From Candidatus Zhuqueibacterota bacterium 4572_119 (GTDB taxonomy: Bacteria; Zhuqueibacterota; Zhuqueibacteria; Thermofontimicrobiales; Thermofontimicrobiaceae): a stretch of 30,031 nt of DNA. Location of the stretch: contig NBLI01000041.1 in the NCBI GenBank assembly GCA_002084535.1, positions 1-30,031 on the forward strand, read 5' to 3'. A program made the position numbers and the translations under genes. Below the pieces are notes generated by a model, which worked only from the letters and a program-made list of their open reading frames with translations, was not told where the DNA came from and searched no databases. Positions 25,438-30,031 of this stretch are shown piece after piece. Numbering within the stretch: the first letter of the stretch is position 1; every line of letters starts with the position of its first letter.

Positions 25438-26293
25438 AAGAGAAAAAAGCGGCGTAACCCCCCAAAAAAGGAAGGAACTTCCCGGGGGATTATGGCTTAA
25501 ATGTGAAACCTGCGGAGAAATAATTTATAAAAAGGAACTTGATAAGAATTTGTACGTGTGCTGGAAATGCGGGTATCACTTTCGGGTGGTAGCAAAAACG
25601 TACATTAAAATTCTTTTGGATGAAGGAAGTTTTGATGAATTTAACGAGCATATCAAATCCGTTGATAAATTAAAATTCAAAGCGGCTAAAAGGTACAGCG
25701 ATCAACTAAAAGCCACAACAAAAAAAACAGGCACCAACGACGCGATATTAACGGGAATTGGACAGATCATGGAAAATCCAGTGGTTTTTTGTGTGATGAA
25801 TTTTTCATTTATCGGCGGCAGCATGGGCTCGGTAGTTGGAGAAAAAATCGCGCGGGCGACACGTGTGGCGATCGAGGAAAAGTTACCTTTGATTATTCTT
25901 TCCGCCTCAGGCGGCGCGAGAATGATGGAGGGCGCCCTGTCTTTGATGCAAATGGCGAAAACATCAGCTTACCTGGCAAAGTTATCTGACGCGGGATTGC
26001 CCTTCATTTCAATAGTAACGAATCCGACAACAGGTGGTGTTTCGGCGAGTTATGCCATGCTGGGTGATGTGATAATCGCGGAGCCGGGCGCTTTAATTGG
26101 TTTTGCGGGTCCACGTGTAATTAAGCAAACGATTGGACAAGACCTGCCTGAAGGATTCCAGACTTCAGAGTTTTTGTTAAAACATGGATTCATTGACGCG
26201 ATTTATCCGCGTGGTGAAATGAAAGAAAAATTAGCAGGACTGTTAAGTTTTTTTGGCAGCCAACAAGAGGGAAAAAATGGGATTGAGCAATAA
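25424..26293 (+). CDS. accD: Acetyl-CoA carboxylase carboxyltransferase beta subunit
   Basis: LWLKCETC...VCWKCGYHFR Zn finger; GGSMGSVVGEKI, SGGARMMEG and PTTGGVSASYA motifs. Confidence 0.97.
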   Translation: MAWFRREKSGVTPQKRKELPGGLWLKCETCGEIIYKKELDKNLYVCWKCGYHFRVVAKTYIKILLDEGSFDEFNEHIKSVDKLKFKAAKRYSDQLKATTKKTGTNDAILTGIGQIMENPVVFCVMNFSFIGGSMGSVVGEKIARATRVAIEEKLPLIILSASGGARMMEGALSLMQMAKTSAYLAKLSDAGLPFISIVTNPTTGGVSASYAMLGDVIIAEPGALIGFAGPRVIKQTIGQDLPEGFQTSEFLLKHGFIDAIYPRGEMKEKLAGLLSFFGSQQEGKNGIEQ

Positions 26294-27053
26294 AACAAAG
26301 ATATTATTAACCAATGATGACGGTATAAACGCCCCTGGACTTTACGCGTTATATAAAGAAATGAAGAATTTGGGCGAAGTATTTGTTGTCGCACCGGACA
26401 GCGAGCAAAGCGCGGTGGGGCATGCCATAACGCTTTCTGATCCTTTGAGGGTTTCGGATTTCCACAAAAACGACAATTTTTTTGGCTATGCTGTGAATGG
26501 TACTCCCTCTGACTGTGTAAAATTGGCATATTGGGCGCTCAATATTAAACCGGATTTGTTGATTTCCGGTATCAACCTTGGATCAAATACGGGCATCAAT
26601 ATTATTTATTCCGGAACCGTTTCAGCAGCAACGGAAGGAATGTTTTTAAATATCCCTTCGTTCGCGATTTCATTAACAACCTTTACCAAACCAAATTTTG
26701 ATTTCGCGGCAAAATTTGCCAGGAAACTTTCGCAAACCGTGCTTGAAAAGGGCTTACCTGTGGGCACGTTATTAAATGTAAATGTGCCGGCAGTAGCGAA
26801 AGAGGAAGATATAAAAGGTATTGAAATTACGCGGCAGGGAAATGCCATGTATCACGAAGAATTTGATAAAAGAAGTGATCCGCATAACCGGGTTTATTAT
26901 TGGCTGACCGGTCAAAAAGTAAAATTGGAAAAAGAACCCGATGTTGACGACAGGGCGATTTTGAACAATAAAATTTCCATCACACCAGTGCAGTTCGATC
27001 TGACGAATTATAAATATTTAGATGAATTGAAGGATTGGGAGTTAACTCTCTAA
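26277..27053 (+). CDS. surE: 5'/3'-nucleotidase SurE
   Basis: ILLTNDDGI.APG, EQSAVGHAIT, GTPSDCV, SGINLGSN and YSGTVSAA motifs; ATG 26277 follows a GAGGG RBS. Confidence 0.96.
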   Translation: MGLSNKTKILLTNDDGINAPGLYALYKEMKNLGEVFVVAPDSEQSAVGHAITLSDPLRVSDFHKNDNFFGYAVNGTPSDCVKLAYWALNIKPDLLISGINLGSNTGINIIYSGTVSAATEGMFLNIPSFAISLTTFTKPNFDFAAKFARKLSQTVLEKGLPVGTLLNVNVPAVAKEEDIKGIEITRQGNAMYHEEFDKRSDPHNRVYYWLTGQKVKLEKEPDVDDRAILNNKISITPVQFDLTNYKYLDELKDWELTL

Positions 27054-27096
27054 TATTTAAATTTTTCTGACAGTTAGAATTACAGGATTTTATTTT

Positions 27097-28644
27097 ATGA
27101 TTCAGATTCATGACGAAGTGATATTAATATTGGACTTTGGTTCGCAATATACACAATTGATTGCCCGCCGTATTCGTGAGCAGGGAGCTTATTCAGAAAT
27201 TAAGCCATATAATATTTCAATAAATGAAATAAAAAAAATCGCGCCAAAAGGTATAATTCTCTCTGGTGGCCCGTCCTCAGTTTATGCTGCAAACGCGCCT
27301 TTAATTAAAAAAGAGATTTTTGAACTTGATGTGCCAGTATTGGGCATTTGTTATGGCTTGCAGCTCGCATGCCATATACTTGGTGGAAAAGTGGCAAAAG
27401 CAGATCAGCGCGAATATGGGCACGCGAACATGGATACAGTCATGCCAGATCCGTTTTTAACTGGAATTGAATCATCAACAAAAGTCTGGATGAGTCATGG
27501 GGATAGGGTTGAAAAGCTGCCGGAAAATTTTAGAGTTTTAGCAAAAACCTCAAATTCACCGTATTGTATTATTAAACACAATGATAAAAACATTTACGGT
27601 TTGCAATTTCATCCGGAAGTCGCGCACACAAACCAGGGAAATGTATTTCTGCGAAATTTTGTTTATCAAATCGCCGGGTGCAATGGCGACTGGTCGCCTC
27701 AGTCGTTTGTTCAAAATTCGATTAAATCAATTCAGGACCAGGTGGGTGCGAAAAAAGTAATTTGCGGATTATCTGGTGGTGTTGACTCGTCAGTGGCTGC
27801 TGTGCTGGTTCATAAAGCGCTTGGCGATAATTTAACCTGCGTGTTTGTTGATAATGGCTTGTTGCGAAGCGGTGAAGCTCAAAGCGTAAAAGATGTTTTT
27901 AAAAGTCATTTTCAAATAAATTTTCGCTATGTTAACGCATCGAACAACTTTCTGTCAAGGTTGATAAATGTGATAGATCCTGAAAAAAAGCGAAAAATCA
28001 TCGGTGACGAATTTATTAAAACATTTGAAAAGGTTGCTAACGATATAAAAGATGTGGAATACCTGGTTCAGGGTACACTATATCCAGATGTGATTGAATC
28101 TGTTTCCACTAAAGGACCCTCCGCGGTGATTAAGACGCACCACAACGTTGGTGGGCTGCCGGAAAAAATGAATTTGAAGTTAATCGAACCGCTAAGGGAA
28201 TTGTTCAAGGATGAAGTACGGCAGGTTGGAAGAGAACTGGGGTTGCCTGAATTTATATTGGAGCGACATCCTTTTCCCGGCCCGGGATTGGCAGTACGGA
28301 TTTTGGGAGAAGTAACCCAAGAGCGGCTTGAATTGCTTCGACGGGCAGATAAAATTTATATGCGGGAGCTTCATGATAGCGGTTGGTATCATAAAACCTG
28401 GCAAGCTTTTGCCGTTCTTTTGCCGGTAAACACAGTTGGAGTAATGGGGGACGAACGAACTTATGAATCTGTTGTAGCGCTACGGGCAGTTACCAGCGAG
28501 GACGCCATGACGGCGGACTGGGCAAAGCTGCCGCCGCTATTGTTGGGGAAAATCGCCAACAGGATTATTAATGAAGTTAAGGGTATAAATCGAGTCGTTT
28601 ATGACATCAGTTCAAAGCCGCCGGGGACAATTGAGTGGGAATAA
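27097..28644 (+). CDS. guaA: GMP synthase (glutamine-hydrolysing)
   Basis: [58 protein letters not shown] and KPPGTIEWE motifs. Confidence 0.98.
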   Translation: MIQIHDEVILILDFGSQYTQLIARRIREQGAYSEIKPYNISINEIKKIAPKGIILSGGPSSVYAANAPLIKKEIFELDVPVLGICYGLQLACHILGGKVAKADQREYGHANMDTVMPDPFLTGIESSTKVWMSHGDRVEKLPENFRVLAKTSNSPYCIIKHNDKNIYGLQFHPEVAHTNQGNVFLRNFVYQIAGCNGDWSPQSFVQNSIKSIQDQVGAKKVICGLSGGVDSSVAAVLVHKALGDNLTCVFVDNGLLRSGEAQSVKDVFKSHFQINFRYVNASNNFLSRLINVIDPEKKRKIIGDEFIKTFEKVANDIKDVEYLVQGTLYPDVIESVSTKGPSAVIKTHHNVGGLPEKMNLKLIEPLRELFKDEVRQVGRELGLPEFILERHPFPGPGLAVRILGEVTQERLELLRRADKIYMRELHDSGWYHKTWQAFAVLLPVNTVGVMGDERTYESVVALRAVTSEDAMTADWAKLPPLLLGKIANRIINEVKGINRVVYDISSKPPGTIEWE

Positions 28645-28713
28645 AACAACAATCTTTGTTTTGACTCCGGGAGCGTTGCAGAAAAACGATATTAATGGAA
28701 AGGCGGGTTTTTT

Positions 28714-30031
28714 ATGTGTGGTATTGTAGGATATATCGGCAGCCAGAATGCTGTCCCTGTCTTAATTGGCGGACTGAAAAGACTTGAATATCGTGGTTAT
28801 GATTCGGCAGGTGTTTCAACGATTGTTGATAAAAACCTTCGTGTTTATAAACAGAAGGGTAAAATCGCCGAGTTGGAAAAGGAGCTGCAAAATCATAAAT
28901 TTAACAGCACAATGGGTATTGCTCACACCAGGTGGGCAACTCATGGCGAGCCGAATGTCAATAACGCGCATCCACATACTGATTGTCAAAATAAAATATC
29001 CCTGATTCACAACGGCATAATTGAAAATTACGCGACCATCAAAAAGGAATTAATAGAAAAGGGACACATTTTTAAAAGTGAAACCGATACCGAGGTTCTT
29101 GTCCATCTTATTGAGGAAAAATATAAGACATGCGGGAAGCTTGACAGGGCAGTACGGGAATCGCTGCTTCTGTTGGACGGAACTTACGGTGTTGCTGTCA
29201 TTTGTGAAGATGAACCGGAGATTTTGATAACCGCGCGAAAGGGCAGCCCGATTGTGATTGGTATTGGCGAGGATGAACACTTTGTTGCGTCTGATGCCGC
29301 GGCGATTGTTGGTCATACCGGCCAGGTCATTTACCTCGATGACAATGAGATGGCAGTCCTTACCAGGAATAATATAAAAATTAAAACCATCGACGACCGC
29401 CCTGTTGAGAAAAAAATTGAAAATATCAGCTTTGATCTTGAAAAAATTGAAAAAAGCGGTTATGAACATTATATGCTCAAAGAAATTATGGAGCAGCCGC
29501 AAACAATTTTTGATTCCATGCGTGGCAGGCTTCTGGAAGAAGAAGGGACCACCAAGCTGGGAGGTATCGAATATGATACGGATTCTCTGCTTCATGCCAG
29601 AAGAGTTTTAATTACCGCTTGCGGAACTTCATGGCATGCAGCGCTTATTGGCGAATACATGATTGAAGAATATGTCAGAATTCCAGTTGAAGTGGAATAC
29701 GCGTCAGAATTTAGATATCGCGATCCGATTATCGACCGCGATACGGTGGTGATTGTTATCAGCCAGTCAGGAGAGACTGCCGATACTTTAGCCGCTATCC
29801 GTGAGGCGAAAAGAAAACAGGCAAAGGTTTTTGGAATTTGTAATACCGTTGGCTCAACGATTGCCCGTGAAACAGACGCCGGAATTTACCTTCACGCGGG
29901 TCCTGAGATTGGTGTTGCTTCCACAAAAGCATTTACTTCCCAGGTAACAGTGTTTGCTCTTTTAACTGTGCTCCTTGCCCGGATGAGCTCCATGTCCGCC
30001 AGCAGGGGCAAGGAAATAATAAATGAGCTTA
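28714..30031 (+). CDS. glmS: Glutamine--fructose-6-phosphate aminotransferase, 5' part (runs off the window)
   Basis: Translated by hand as MCGIVGYIG...LKRLEYRGYDSAG, HTRWATHG, HNGIIEN, SETDTEV, SQSGETADT and GPEIGVASTKAFT. The frame is consistent to the window end. Confidence 0.97.
   Translation, partial: MCGIVGYIGSQNAVPVLIGGLKRLEYRGYDSAGVSTIVDKNLRVYKQKGKIAELEKELQNHKFNSTMGIAHTRWATHGEPNVNNAHPHTDCQNKISLIHNGIIENYATIKKELIEKGHIFKSETDTEVLVHLIEEKYKTCGKLDRAVRESLLLLDGTYGVAVICEDEPEILITARKGSPIVIGIGEDEHFVASDAAAIVGHTGQVIYLDDNEMAVLTRNNIKIKTIDDRPVEKKIENISFDLEKIEKSGYEHYMLKEIMEQPQTIFDSMRGRLLEEEGTTKLGGIEYDTDSLLHARRVLITACGTSWHAALIGEYMIEEYVRIPVEVEYASEFRYRDPIIDRDTVVIVISQSGETADTLAAIREAKRKQAKVFGICNTVGSTIARETDAGIYLHAGPEIGVASTKAFTSQVTVFALLTVLLARMSSMSASRGKEIINEL

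Noticed and set aside
27054-27096. Purine or other riboswitch upstream of guaA
   Set aside because: The 43-nt AT-rich gap is too short and has no aptamer features.
28645-28713. glmS ribozyme upstream of glmS
   Set aside because: The intergenic gap is only 69 nt and I see no ribozyme core or P1-P2 structure.
229-29611. Numerous short ORFs in the track overlapping real genes on the opposite strand or in other frames (e.g. 423..719, 910..1251, 3808..4191, 8667..9002, 9715..10134, 17038..17595, 29050..29595)
   Set aside because: They are shadows of well-supported conserved genes, with no recognisable motifs or RBS.

Overview
A housekeeping-rich, AT-rich chromosomal segment of a diderm bacterium. 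It is most likely FCB-superphylum (KSB1/Calditrichota/Ignavibacteria-like; inferred from PorX, an NYPNPFN-type secretion C-terminal domain and overall gene content). Gene order: pdp 3' end, PBP1A, lpxH-like, ispE-spoVG-tRNA-Gln-prs-rplY-pth, membrane pyrophosphatase hppA, rpsF-ssb-rpsR-rplI, a small standalone Zn-ribbon gene, ybbR/cdaR-like, tsaD, EamA, hslR, a secreted TolB-propeller/C39-like peptidase/CARDB/CTD protein, a two-domain lipoprotein, a TonB-dependent receptor, a thioesterase, porX-tsaE, an ~820 bp intergenic cluster of inverted-repeat elements, tsaB-rimI-accD-surE-guaA and the glmS 5' part. I found no CRISPR array, integrase, transposase or rRNA. About seven loci (PBP1A, hppA 5' end, ssb, EamA, the propeller/peptidase gene, the TonB receptor and the thioesterase/porX junction) look as if short segments were cut out. 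This is most simply an assembly or scaffolding artefact and must be excluded before any biological reading. The best biological leads are: an mPPase carrying both gate glutamates, the Zn-ribbon microprotein with its own promoter and terminator, the peptidase-lipoprotein-TonB receptor locus with an 8-1-8 palindrome, nested MITE-like elements between tsaE and tsaB, a possible in-frame palindromic insertion in rimI, and a switch-like hairpin between tRNA-Gln and prs. I could not establish a definitively new system from sequence alone.
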